Positions 1-13,338 of a stretch of DNA of 64,000 nucleotides are shown in pieces; the stretch's first letter is position 1, and the number at the start of each line of letters is the position of its first letter. The DNA is from Blepharisma stoltei ATCC 30299 (lineage: Eukaryota > Protista > Ciliophora). The stretch is from positions 3,430 to 67,429 of the forward strand of contig CBFDEM010000059.1 in the NCBI GenBank assembly GCA_965603825.1, read 5' to 3'. The position numbers and the translations under genes are program-made. A model generated the notes under the pieces. That model did not search any database. It was not told where the DNA came from and saw only the letters and a list, made by a program, of their open reading frames with translations.

Positions 1-3000
1 GATTCAAGAAATTTAAATTTAATCGATCAAAAATACTCAGTCTCTGATAATAAATATGAAAACAACTTAAAAACACGCAAGATCTCAACAATTAAGCCAC
101 CCAAAAAAAACATTCATCCTCCTGTTAAAACTCAGAATAATGAACCAGTTAATGCCTACAACTATGATATCAAGACATATATTCCTCTAAAGAAGAGCAT
201 CATAAAGCCGATAGAAATCATAGGAAGAACTATTCTAAAAGAAAATCACAAAAATACAATCAAAAAAATTTTTATAATTAAAAAGACTCCAGCAATAAGG
301 AAAAATGAACCAGAAAGAGAAGATGTAAATTGAAAGCTTATTAAGGAATCCTCGCAATCCTATAATGAAACTGCTTCCAAATCTCCAAAACTTTCTCCAT
401 CATCAGAAATAAATTCATCCACTTTGATGACAGATTTTCCTGAAATAAACGTTTCTAAAATCGAAAACCCATTCTTACATAAAAAAGAAAAGAAAGAAAA
501 ACTGATAGTTGAACCCTTGATTTCAATTTATAACACCCAAAATAAGAAAAAGTTTGAAAATCCTTTCATCAATAAAGATGAAAAAGAAATTTACAAAAAT
601 AAAAAGATACAAATACTAGAGAGCAGAATGTTCCAAGATATGATTAGACCTCTATGCACAATTCTCTTTATTGAAGCATCTGATAATCTCACAGATCCAA
701 AAAAATGATTGAAAATAACCCATTCTCCCTTAAGAAAAAATAATGTCCTACCCGTTCAAGTTGAAGAGGAAATTATAATTCCAAATCCAAGAAGATTGTG
801 CGAAAAAATAATAAGAAAAAATTTTGGATTCATCAACATTTCAGGAATTGGAAAAGACGATCTATCACGAAGACAATTAAGAAATGTTATGATCGAAAAC
901 GATATTACTATCTTAGGAATAGCAGAAACTTGATTAAAAGATAAAGTTTATATTGATGGTTTTGTGTGAATAGGTAATAATGGACCTATAGTAGGCTACA
1001 GAGGATCAGGTGGAACTGGCTTATTAATTCATAATTCACTGGCAAATGAAATAACTTGAATTGAAACTAATAACCATAGAATAACTGCAGCAAAGATAGA
1101 AGATTTTTTTGATAATATGCATATATGCACCAGTACTTGCAAACCACGAAAATGAAAAATCAATTAACGAATATAAATGAAACTTCTATATCAACTTTCA
1201 GAGGAAATAATAGACACACTATTATCGATTATATTATTTCAGAAACCCTATCAAAGATTAAATACATAGAAGTCCCACAATTAAACACCAATCACGTATT
1301 ATTACTATCTCATATAAAAAGTGTCCAGATAATACCAAAGCAAATATCCGTGATTCCATGATATAAATTAGAAGGCAAGGAATTAGAAGCGTTCCAACAC
1401 AGAATCTGAATCAATTTCCAGAATAAAGGAATCTACAAAACTCTTGATCCTTTAGCAATATTTAATAACATCAAATCAACAATTGATGAAGAATCAAAAT
1501 ACCTACTAAAACATTTAAAACCAGACCATTTTAGAACCCCAGAAATGAAAATCTTATTAAATAGAATAAATGACTCGAGGAAATGAATAAAATTTTGCTG
1601 AACGCAAAATAATAGAGAACTTGCTAACAAACTACAAAAGGTAAAAAAGGCATGAATAAATAAACTAAAAAGACTATCTAACTATGAAAAAATCAGTGAA
1701 AGCAGATTGAAAGAATGTATGCAAGATCCATATGGAGCCTGAAACAAAATAAAACGTCAGATGAATAAAAATAGAATCGCATTATCATTAAACAAAGAAG
1801 AGATTAAAGCTTGAGCAACAGAATTTGAAAATCAATTTAAAAGTAAAATAGAATTCATACCACAAAAGGGATGCTCAAAAGAAGAACTATGAGATTTCCA
1901 AGATATCCAGAAAATCATTAAAAAATTACCAAACAAAAAAGCTCCTGGACCAGACAATATAAGAAATGAGATAATAAAGAAAGGTGGAGATATAATGGCA
2001 GAAGCAATTACACATTTCCTTAATAGTTGCAAATTAAATGGAATCCCAGACAAAGCCAATGAAGCAAAAACAATCCTTATATACAAAGGAAAAGGTAATC
2101 CGAAGGAACTTAATAGCTATAGACCCATAACCTTAATGAATAATTTTATGAAGATTCTTGACAAAGCAGAACTAAAAAGAATTGAAAATACGGTTAATAT
2201 CTCAGAAAGACAACATGGATTCACAAAAGGAAAGTCATGCATGACTCAGATTTTTCTCTTAAAATCTACACTGGAATATCGTAAGTATTACAGGATTGGA
2301 AAAGGTAGAGACTCATATATATTATTTGTTGATTTCTCAAAAGCTTATGACTCAGTTAATAGAATTAGACTATTAGAGAAAATTAAAGCAAAAAATATAA
2401 AAAATGATAGCTGAAAAATAATCTCACAAATGCTAAAAGGTGAACAAACTACACTTGTCATAAATGGGATTGAAACAGAAAAAATAAACATAACAAGAGG
2501 TGTGAGACAAGGAAGTGCAATATCACCATTGTTATTTAATATATATATAGATGATATAGAAAAGGAAAATAATGACATCAATATAGAACTCCTCCCCAAT
2601 CACCAATTAAAATCAAAAATCAATTTTCAATATGCGGATGATACAGCTTTTGTAATAGAAGATTGAAAAGACATTGAAAACATTTTAAATAAACTTGATA
2701 AATGATCAAAAGATAATGATATGAACTTGAATATAGGACCGGAAAAAACAGCAATAATGCCAATCATAACAAAAAATAGGAAAAATATTATAAGTAAACT
2801 ACCTAAAATATCATACCAAAATCATGAAATACCAGTTGTTGAAAAATATAAATATTTAGGCAAAATAATGAATGGAAATATAAGAGGTACAGGATTCGAC
2901 CAAGCGCATTATAAATACCTCAAAGATAAAAGCAAAATATCTACTTGCTCTCTAATCCCTATGATTAGAAGAATGCTTAACATCCCAAGTAAAACTCTTA

Positions 3001-4080
3001 TAAACTGCTTCAAAGCAATATTCTTACCAAGATGCACATATGGTCTTGAAATATGCTCAAGAATTAAATGCAAAACTGCAATTAAACAAATTCAAAGATC
3101 ATTCAATAAGATTATAAGAGAATGTTGCCATGTTTATGACAAAACACCTATTGAACCCATATTACTTGATTTAAATATTCCAACAATACAACAATATATT
3201 GACCAAAAATCATTGATATTTTTACAAAAAATTTTTGAATTAACACATATATCTGAGATTGCAACCCATTTCCTAAGAAATTTCGATAATACAATTACAC
3301 CGACAATGAAAATCTACCAAGAGTTGCTTCAAAAATATAATTTTACAAAACCATTCGATTTTAATAACAACATGATTAGCTGAAATGACAAAAATTGAAA
3401 AGGAAATGTCAAAGATAAACTCAAAATCTATTGAAGAAACGAAAACATGAGCATAATAAATAAAAAAGTAACATTAAAGATGTTTAAAGAATTAAGGAAT
3501 CAAACTTTTACCACGAATAAACTCCCAAAATTCTGAATACTGAATAAAAACCTAATTACTGAAACAAGAATAAAGGCTGCTTGAAGATATGGTGCTGGTC
3601 CATCTAAAGTATTAGTTCTATTGAGAAACAGAAATAATCAAGATAACACTTCGAATTTATGTGAATTATGTAAAGTCAAGGAAACAGATAAACATATTCT
3701 TAACGAATGCATAAAATATAAAAACGAAAGAATCAAATTTATACAAAGATTACAAGATATGATAGGCAGATATATTAACAATACAAGCATATACAATTGA
3801 CTTATTTCAGATGTTACAGAATTAAAATTTTTAGAAGAATTAGGTGAAGAAAAATGAGAAAAGATTGACTTTTTAACAAAGATCACACTAAGAAGTATTG
3901 ATGATAAATTGCGAACTAGCAGAGAAAACAGCAAACACAAGCATTTCTTTGAAATCCAAAATATTGAAGATGACCTCAAAAAAGAAAACATATCTATTCA
4001 TGATTTAAATTTTTGAAGACTCGTTAAAAGTATAAGGCGTTTGAAATAGTACGCCAATAATTAATTTAATCCAATCCAAT
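1..4080 (+). mobile_element. Non-LTR (LINE-like) retrotransposon, cut by the window edge: N-terminal extension + APE endonuclease (damaged) + reverse transcriptase + C-terminal CCHC zinc knuckle
   Basis: With TGA=Trp, frame 1 is open from base 1 into APE motifs (GFINISG, LGIAETW, GSGGTGLL). A frameshift and deletion occur near 1105-1165. Frame 3 is then open to TAG at 4047-4049, with TFRG..IIDYI..TNH (APE end), KKAPGPDNI, YRPITL, QHGFTKGKSC, FVDFSKAYDSV, GVRQGSAISPLLFNIY, QYADD, YKYLG and CELCKVKETDKHILNEC (CX2CX7HX4C). A short AATCC repeat lies at ~4067-4080. Confidence 0.95.
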
Positions 4081-4138
4081 TTTTATAAAAAACAATAAAC
4101 CGGTTTATCATATTTAAGAAAATTAGCTTAGTTAAAAA

Positions 4139-7100
4139 ATGAACAAAAACAAGAATTTTTCTGAAATCAGATTTATAAAGATACTATCTTTTTTAGCAAT
4201 GCTCAGATTTTTGTTCTTCATTTGAAATTATTATTGCTCAAAATGATAGGAATGAGCTCAATCAAGTTTGGATTGAAGACATAAAAAAACAGTTTGAGCC
4301 AGTCATCGAATGGTATCAATGCGATTATTCTTTAATTTCAGAGTGTGTTAACTCACATCCAAATGCCATAATCGTTCTTGATTTATCAGAAAAGTTTGAA
4401 GACACAACTAAGCCTTTCTCAATTATGCAAAGAAAATAATAAAATTCATTTGGTTCCTCAGAAAACTCATGAATCCCTTTATTACGACGAATGGACATAT
4501 AGCATCTTTCCATCAAAGTTAGCCCAAACCGATGCATATTTTGCAGTTTTAGCTTACTTTAATTGAGACTCATGGACTTGTAATCACTGATGGAGATCAT
4601 GCATACATCAAGCAGAAATTTCTAGACTATTCAGAGACTTTTGACTATATAACTATAGAATCATCGGCAAGCCTTGAAAAGGTAGTAAACAGAGTTATCA
4701 AGCCTTTAGGAGCAACATTGTATTACATTTTTGCAAATTCTGTTCTCTCATCAAAAATTCAGGAGACATTGAAATCCAGAAAGCTCCTTTCAAGGGGAGA
4801 TGGGATATTGCTAACCCAAGATAGCTGCTATGGCTGCAAAACCAATGGAGCAATCATTGTGGCTGCATGCAGGGCAAGAATATGCTAGCTCTCAAGAGCA
4901 ATTTTTAATTAGCTCTTTTGAAAATTTAATTCTGTATTTATTGAATCACACAGCAGAAACAACAGAAGAACTAAAGACATTTGCTGGAGATATACAGTGA
5001 GAAAAATCAATTCTCTATTGTAAATATTCAGGACAATCAAAGGCAAATAGTTGGATCAGTCTCTGCTGGATCAGTAGCAATCTCGAAAACCTTGATTTTC
5101 CCTGGAAATACTACTGATGTGCCCAAGTCAGATAAAAAGATTTTGCATATGACAGTTTCTGGAGGCTCTTACAACCCTGGAACTCGCTTCTTTGAGCCGC
5201 TCCTCTTTTATATTATGGCGCTTATACAGCATGAAGTTTAATTAATGAAGGTGTGCTTGGAATTTTAACACATTTTCAAATAAATTATTTTATTTTTGAT
5301 TGCGGCGTGATTACTTATGATAAAGAATATGCAACAGCCTGCTTTACCAAAGATATAGATAAATTTGGACTTGCACACATATCAGCGACCTAGCTCTTTA
5401 ATGACTATTGCAGAAATAAATCTTTTTAAAAGCTTAAATTTAACAATCCCAGTTGTTGGGTCAATCCTGATGATTATTCATTGAATTCTACGTCGCTTTA
5501 TCCTTTGTTTACAAGGGTAATTATTTCAAACCGCTATCTTTATTCGCTGACTTCGCTTTTATTTAGAGCTTTAGGATGAAGGAAAATCTGTGTTTTATAT
5601 TCAGATGATGTAACTGGGAAATCAGGATATTCAGCACTTATAAGCAATGCAGAACAATATAACATAGAAATTCTAAATTCTGAAAACTCAAGGGCTATCC
5701 CTGCAGACTCTAAATAGAACTAATATAAAAAATTACTCTGGATCATTGCAGAAAATCGTTGATACAGATGCAAGGCTTCTAGTTTTATTTTTTTTGCCAC
5801 CTCTAATATATTATGTAATCGAAGAGCTTTATGATATGGGCTTAAGAAAAGGAGATCTCTTTATTTTTGTTACAAACCAAGAAATACTTACAATGATCCA
5901 ATACGATTTTATATAGAGTATAAAATTAAAGAAACTGGAGTTCCAATGATGGCTGTTAGTGGGCGAAATTGAGTAGGTAAGGTTGGGGAATTTGCTTACT
6001 CACAGATATCATCTAGATATAATGGAGTCCCTATTTGCCTCAACTTGCTCGAGCTATGATGCGGCATATTTAATAGGGATAGCTTTAGACTACATGATAA
6101 ACCAAGGATTTGATTATACTGATCCTTACCAAATAAATTCAGCAATTAGAGCTCAAAAGTTTACTGGGTGCACAGGAGTAGTTTCTATCGACAAAAGCAG
6201 CAATGACAGAGTTATGGACATTTTTGATATAATGGCCAGCAAAATAGATACAAATTCTGGAAATGTGAACAGCATACAAAATGGGTGAATTTCGCCCATT
6301 TGGTAGTACAATGCTGAGTATTAGAACACCTCTCATTTATGGAGATGGAACTACTGTAAAGCCAGATGACCTTAGAAACCAAAATAATAAATGCCCTTTC
6401 TCCTGATAAGCTTAGTAAGAACATTTGCTAAAGGAAGAATTCTCGTTTTTTCTATCTGCTTTTTGTTTGCTTTAGTGTCTTTCGCTAGCAACAGCATATA
6501 TATGAAAAAACTGATGAAATATAACCATTGAAGAACTTAAAGTAAAGCAAGAAATTTCTCTGCAAGATATTATTGTTGAGATAACCATAGGTATTGAATT
6601 TTTCCAATTTGCGGCCATGGGACCAGATATAGCCCCAATAAATAGCATCCTAGCAAAAATTAGCAGCTCTCTTTCTCTCAATCTGGAAAATATTTTTGCA
6701 CTCCAGAAAGGGATATTTTGAATTCTAATAGATGGAGTCTTTGGGGCTATTTTATTTTGGCTCGTTTTATGCTTAGTTGTTCTACTCAGTTTAGATGAAA
6801 GATTTCCCAGAGTGACAATTTTCAGATTTTTAGCTTGGCTTGCAGACTATTTAATGCCTATTTTAGGCAATTTGTGCTTTATCCCCTTTGTTTCGATGTG
6901 CTTGAATGTATTTATGTGCGACCATTCTATTGGAGATGGCTTTACTGACAGTTTTCTTGCTGCTGACTGTTATTATTTTTGCTGGAAAGACGAGCACCTA
7001 ATATATGCCATTTTTTCTTTTATTGCCCTCTTATGCTATGAACCACTGGCTGTTCTGTGCAGGCCTTTGTGGCAAGAATTGCAGCACATGGTGCATATAC

Positions 7101-7607
7101 ATACAGCTCCTCCGTTTTTAATGGTAAAAACTGTGTTTCAAGTCATATTTATAGTCATGAATAAAACAGTCAAAAGGGCTGATCAGCACTATCCATGGAG
7201 CCCTTTTTGCTGTTCTAATGGTCGCGTACATTGGATTTATATTTAGGTATAAGCCCTATAATTATCCAAGACTGTGCTGGTGGCAAGCTTTGAGCTTAAT
7301 TGGTGTGGTTTGGCTTTCTGTAATCTCGACAATCTCGTCAAATTTTGAAGGAAACGCGTATATTTATTTTTCCATAGTGTGCGTGGGATGAATTATAATT
7401 GCTCTTATCGGAATTTATGTGCAAGGAAGAAAGTATCCCAGTCTTCTGTATAGAAAAAAAGGCTTGGATACAACTCATTTATTCAAGTTCGCATTTACTT
7501 TTGGTAAGCACTCCAAGAATGCTCTTGCAAAAATTGTCCCAGATCGTCGTCCATCATCTGTAGATTTAATGCCGAAAGACTTTTCAATTGCAAAGGAAGT
7601 TGATTAA
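4139..7607 (+). pseudogene. Double Venus-flytrap multi-pass receptor, type A; full length but with many single-base frameshifts (pseudogene or consensus errors)
   Basis: Colinear with the intact copy at 13339-16791 from MNKN to the C-terminal AKEVD-TAA. Multiple 1-nt indels (e.g. ~4205, 4865, 4975, 5705, 6270, 6400, 7185). Confidence 0.85.
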
Positions 7608-7634
7608 TTTAAGTCTTTAGAAATTTAATACTTA

Positions 7635-8240
7635 ATTATTTGTTCAATATGAGAATTTGGTAGGAGTTATCAATTGAGAACTATCAGCGCTTGATGAGAA
7701 CCAATAAGAGTGAATAAGATATTATTATAATGTGATAGTGCCATGGTATAGACTTTTTAAGAACTTATATCTCGCAGAATATGATGTTAGGTTTGCTAAA
7801 TTAAGATTCAACTAATCTTATAGATTTAAGACATTAAGATAGGCTATTTACTCAAATTCCAAAAATAAGCAAGTATATATTTAATAAAAGTTAAATTTTT
7901 TTGGATAATATAAATATTATGTAAATTTATAGCATACAAATCTAAAATAAAACATAATTAAATAAAAGAAATTTATTTATATATTTTTAGCTAGACAAAT
8001 AAGTTTTAGAACCAGAAATTTTTTGACATATCAATATTGAAAAATATGTCAGAACTTCTTAATACGATTTCTCCTAAAATGGTAAATGAAATTTATGTAC
8101 CAAACAGATATTTAATCCATAAAGATATTTCAAACACTATATATTTCTATATTATTCGCTGCCTGCATAAGTCTTCTTATATATATAAAACGTTTTAAAC
8201 GTTCAGATTTCAGTAAATGAATTAAAACTCTAATACAAAA
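7635..8240. repeat. Conserved ~600-bp non-coding spacer of the receptor family, copy 1
   Basis: Direct similarity to 21415-21950 and reverse-complement similarity to 12760-13315 (e.g. TATATCTCGCAGAATATG, GATAGTGCCATGG, TATTTACTCA). Confidence 0.85.
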
Positions 8241-11200
8241 ATGAATCAAAAATCAGCAAAAAAAGAAGCAAGGCATTTCTGGCATAGGGTTTGTAAAGAT
8301 ATTATTTCTTTTATCTATGCTAAATTTAGTCTGTCTTCTAGCTGATATTCTTATTGTCCAAAGTGATAAAAATAAAGGCAGCCAAAACTGAATTAATGAA
8401 GCAAGAAGACAATTTGAGGCGGTTGTTGACTGACACTATTGCAACTATACAGCAATTTCAGAGTGCCTCGATATTTATCCTGATACTTTAATCGTTCTTG
8501 ATTTATCAGACGATTTTGAAATACAACTGAGCCTTATCTCAACTTTGTGAAGAAAACAAGAAAATCCACTTGGTTCCTCAGAAAAAGTTATGAGTCTTTA
8601 TTACTATGACGAATGGACGTATACCATCGTCTCTTCTCATTCAGCTCAAATGAATGCATACTTTGCAGTTTTAGATTGCTTTAACTGGACTCAAGGACTT
8701 GTAATTTCTGACGAAGATAACATATACAGCAAAAAAGAATTTTTTAGAATATTCAGCAACTTTTAATTATTTAGCTGTAGAGTCATCAACAAACATTGAA
8801 AGTTTAGTAAATCGGATTATCAAGCCTTTAGGCACTACTTTGTATTACATTTTTACAAATTCTGTTCTCTCGTCGACAATTCAAGAAGCTTTGAAATCTA
8901 AAAAACTTCTACTGGAAGGAGATGGATTAATTTTAAATCAAAACAGTGGTTACGATTGTATAATCGATGGAGCAATTATAATCACTATAAAAGGCCAAGA
9001 ATATGCAAACTCGGCAGAGGAATTTTTATTTAAATCAATTCAAAATTTATTGCAATATTTATTTAATAGCACGACAGAGCCAGCGACAGTTGAAGAAGCA
9101 AGATATTTAATGATGGTATATGGCCAGGAAAGCCAATTTTCTATCATTAATGTTCAGGAGGGCAAAAGAGAAATCATCGGCTCAGTCTTTGATGGAGAAG
9201 TAATAATAGTAAAAAATTTAATTTTCCCTGGAAACACTCCTAATGTGCCAAAATCAGACCAAAAAATATTACAAGTATCAATCTCTGGAGGCTCTACTAA
9301 TCCTGGCACTGCTCCAATGACATCTCTACCCCTTTTTTGCAACGGGGCATATACAGCATGGAGCTTGATAAATGACGGCACATTAGGGATTTTAAAAAAT
9401 TTTCAAATTAAATACTTCATTTCTGACTGCGGCACATTGAATTATGATGAAAAGTTTGCGAGACCTTGCTTTACCAAAGATATAGATAAAATTGGATTAG
9501 CGCATATATCAATGGGTACTGTAATAGCAACTGGAGAAATGAAGCTCTTTGAGAGCTTAAATGTAACAATTCCAGTCGTTGGGGCAGCAGCAGTAGGCCG
9601 TGCACTGAGCTCAACCGCACTTTATCCTATGTTCACAAGAATCGTCGTTCCGAACGACTACATACTTGCTTTGAGTTCGCTTTTCTTAAAAGTTCTCGGC
9701 TGAAGTAAACTCTGTGTCTTATATTCTGATGACTTATCAAGCAAGGCAACATATTCCACACTTATAGAAACTTACACGAAATATGGCTTAGAAGTTTTAA
9801 ACCCTGAAAGCTTAAGTGAGATCCCTGATAATCTAAATAGAACCACTATCAAGAATTATGCTAGCTCATTTCAAGCAATCTTAGATACACAAGCAAGGCT
9901 TTTGATTTTAATATGTATGCCTCCTGAATTATATTACATTCTTGAAGAGCTGTATGATTTAGGCCTAAGAAAAGGCGATCTCGTAGTTTTTGTTAAAAAT
10001 TCAGTACTTCTTACAATGACAGAATACGATTTTATGTATACTTATAAATTTAAAGAAACAGGAGTTCCGATGATCTCTATTTCTGGACAAAACTGGGTTG
10101 GAGAAGTTGGAAACTTTGCGTACTCAAAAATAGCATCTCTTTATAATGCAGTCCCTTATTCATATGCTTGCAATTACTATGATGCAGCTTATTATATAGC
10201 ACTTGAATTGGATTCTATGATAAATCATGGGTTTGATTATTATGATCCTTATCAGCTAAATTTGACAATGAGAGCTCGGAAATTTATCGGATGCACAGGA
10301 AAGTTTTCGATTGATAAAGACAGCAATGACAGGATTTTGGAAAATTTTGATATTAGTGTTAATAAAATAGATGCAGCTTCTGGAAATGTGACTGCTTATA
10401 AATTAGGAGAATTTCACCCATATAGCAGCATAATGCTAACTATTGATTCACCAATTATTTATGGAGATGGGTCCTCTATAAAGCCGGATGATCTAAGAAA
10501 TCAAGATAATGAATGCCCTTTTTCTAATAAGCTAGTAAGGACGTTTACAAAAGGAAGAATTCTCACTTTTGGCATTTGCTTCGGATTTGCTTTAGTCTCT
10601 TTTATTTCTACCGCATATATATGAAAAACGTGGTGAAATATCGAAATAGAAGAGCTTAAAGAAAGGCAAGAAATTTCGTTGCAAAATTTTATTGTTCAGA
10701 TAACAATAGGTATTGAATTTTTCCAGTTTGTAGCGATGGGGCCAGACATAACTCCAATCAGTACTTCTTAGCAAAAATCAGCAATTCTTTTTCCCTCAAC
10801 ATAGAAAACTTTTATAAGCTTAAAAATGGAGTATTTTGAATTGTAATTGATGGGATTTTTGGAGCTATTATTTTATGATTAATTTTGTGTGCAACTATTC
10901 TGCTCAGATTAGACGAAAAATTTCCTAGAGTGTCATTTTTCAGAATTTTAGCTTGACTTGCTGACTATTTAATGCCGATTTTAGGTAATTTATGCTTTAT
11001 TCCATTTATTTCGATGTGTTTGTGTGCGATCAATCTATTGGAGAGATTGCTATTACTTTTGCTGGAAAGGTGATCATTTAATATATGCGATTTTTTCTTT
11101 TATAGCTCTTTTATGCTATGAGCCTCTTGCAATATTTTGTAGGCCTTTGTGGCAAGAATTGCAGCATACTCTACACATACACACGTCTCCTTTATTTTTA

Positions 11201-11684
11201 ATGGTAAAAATAAAGGTCCAAATCATACTTATAGTCATGAATAAAACAGTCAAAAGAGCTGAAAGTACAGTACGCGAAGCTTTATTTGGTGTTGTAATGG
11301 CTTCCTACATTGGATTTATATTTAGATGGAAGCCTTATAATTATCCAAGATTTTGTTGATGGCAAGCATTAAGCTTAATAGGTGTATTATGACTTTCTGT
11401 GCTTTCAACAATCTCATCTAACGTTGAAGGAGGCTATTTAATTTAATTTATTTTCTGTTTCTCTGTGTAGGATGAGTTTTAATTGGTGCTATCGGTATCT
11501 ATGTACAAAGAAAAAAATATCCAAGTCTGCTGTATAGAAAAAAGGTCTGGATACAAATCATCTATTTAGATTCGCATTTACATTTGGTAAGCACTCGAAA
11601 AATGCCCTTTCAAAAATCGCCCCTCGTCGTACTTCTGAAGAACTTTCGTGCAAAGATTTTTCTATTTTGAAGCAAGATTATTAA
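8241..11684 (+). pseudogene. Double Venus-flytrap multi-pass receptor, divergent type B; frameshifts, small deletions and stops
   Basis: Homologous along its length to type A (YPMFTRIV, LGW, YYDAAY, FIGCTG, DCYYFCW). Long open blocks at 8840-10624. Short deletions near 11020-11045 and frameshifts near both ends. Stop TAA at 11682-11684. Confidence 0.85.
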
Positions 11685-11929
11685 ATAATAAAATTTATTA
11701 GAATTTAGCTTTAAGTTCTTGATTTATGTGAAAGCTATCATAACTAGTGTTATAAAGAGCATGTTTTGAATAGCTCAATATGCTTTTGCCACGAGGAATC
11801 ATGCCTATCTACTTAGCATTCATAGAGAAATTTCCTGCTCTGTTTAGCTTAAATCATCGCAAAGATCCCCAAATGCCAAGCCGGTCCAGGAGTGGAAGGC
11901 TTGGTATTATCACCATTTTATTTGTGTGA

Positions 11930-12760
11930 GATTTGCTAAGATGTTATATTTGTTATCTATGCTAAATTTGTCTTTCTTTGTTGATATTCTTATTGTCAAA
12001 AGTGATAAAAATAAAGGCAGCCAAAACTGGAAAAGAGCAATTTGAGTCAGATATAGATTGGAAATATTGCGATTAAACAGAAATTTCAGAGTCCTCAGTA
12101 TTTATCTTGATACTTTAATCGTCCTTGATTTATCAGACAATTTTGAAATACAACTGAGTCTATCTCGATAATGTGAAGAAAACAAAAAAGTCCACTTGGT
12201 TCTTCAAAAAAGGTATGAGTTTTATTGCTATGACGAATGGAATTATAGCATCATCCCTTCTGATTCAGCTCAAATAAATACATACTTTGCAGTTTTAGAC
12301 CATTTCAACTGGACTCAAGGATTGTAATTACTGACGAAGACTGAATATACAGTAAAAAAGAATTTTAGAATTTTCAGCAACTTTTGATTATTTAGCTATA
12401 GAGTCATCGACAAACATTTAAAGTTAATTAATCGAATTATCAAGCCTTTAGGTACTTCAATGTATTACATTTTGCAAATATTATTATTTTGTCAGAAATT
12501 CAAGACACTTTTGAAATCCCAAAAGCTGTTGCTGGCTGGAGAAAGTTTAATCAAAACAGCGGCTTTGGATGCAATATTGATAATTACTATAGAAGGCCAT
12601 GGATATACTAGCTCACAAGAGGGATTTTTGTTTAGCTCAACTGAAAATTTATTGCAATATTTATTCAATAGCACGACTGAGCCTGCAACTGTTGGAGAAA
12701 TAAGATAATTAATGAAGAAGACATATAATAAAAAAAATCAATTTTCTATAATAAAAATTA
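11930..12760 (+). pseudogene. 5' fragment of a type B receptor gene, degenerate
   Basis: Aligns to ~8290-9150 with stops and indels; breaks off after EPATVGEIR...QFSII. Confidence 0.85.
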
Positions 12761-13315
12761 GATTTTTTATTCATTTACAAAAATCTGAAAGTTTAATAAC
12801 ATTTTTATACCTAAGAAGACTTATGCAGCAATGAATAATACAGGAATATATAGTGTTTCAAATATCATTTAAATAACTATTTTATTGATAAATTTTAATT
12901 TTCCGCTTTAGAAGAAATCATATTAAGAAGTTCTAACATATCTTTCAGTATTGATACTAAAAACTTATTTGTCTAAGGAAAAAATATAAATAAATAAATT
13001 TTAATTATTTATGCTTTTGCTTTGGATTTTGTAGAGACATGATATTTATGCCATTCAAAAAATTTTACTTTTATAAGATATATACTTTTCTTATTTTTTT
13101 GAATTTGAGTAAATAGCCTATCTTAATGTTTAAATCTATAATATTAGTTGAATCTTAATACATCATATTCTGCGAGATATATCTCCTATAAAGTCTATGC
13201 AATGGTACTATCGCAACGTAATATATCTTATTTGCTCTTATTGGTTCTCATTAGGCGCGAATAGTTCTTAATTAATAAATTATTTAGTCGAAATTCTCAT
13301 ATTGGAAAAATAATA
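12760..13315. repeat. Conserved receptor-family spacer, copy 2 (inverted relative to 7635-8240); upstream region of the intact gene
   Basis: Reverse complement of 7635-8230 and 21415-21930. Confidence 0.85.
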
Positions 13316-13338
13316 GAGGATTTACTTAGTTTAAAAAA

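Noticed and set aside
1995-3383. Bacterial retron, group II intron or DGR reverse transcriptase diversifying the adjacent receptors
   Set aside because: Upstream APE and downstream CCHC define a non-LTR element. Paralog differences are not adenine-specific and no template/variable repeat pair is visible.
4139-7607. Programmed frameshifting or RNA editing to explain the many frameshifts in receptor copy 1
   Set aside because: The indels are scattered single bases without a common slippery motif (not Euplotes-type AAA-TAA) and paralogs are intact; consensus error or decay is simpler.
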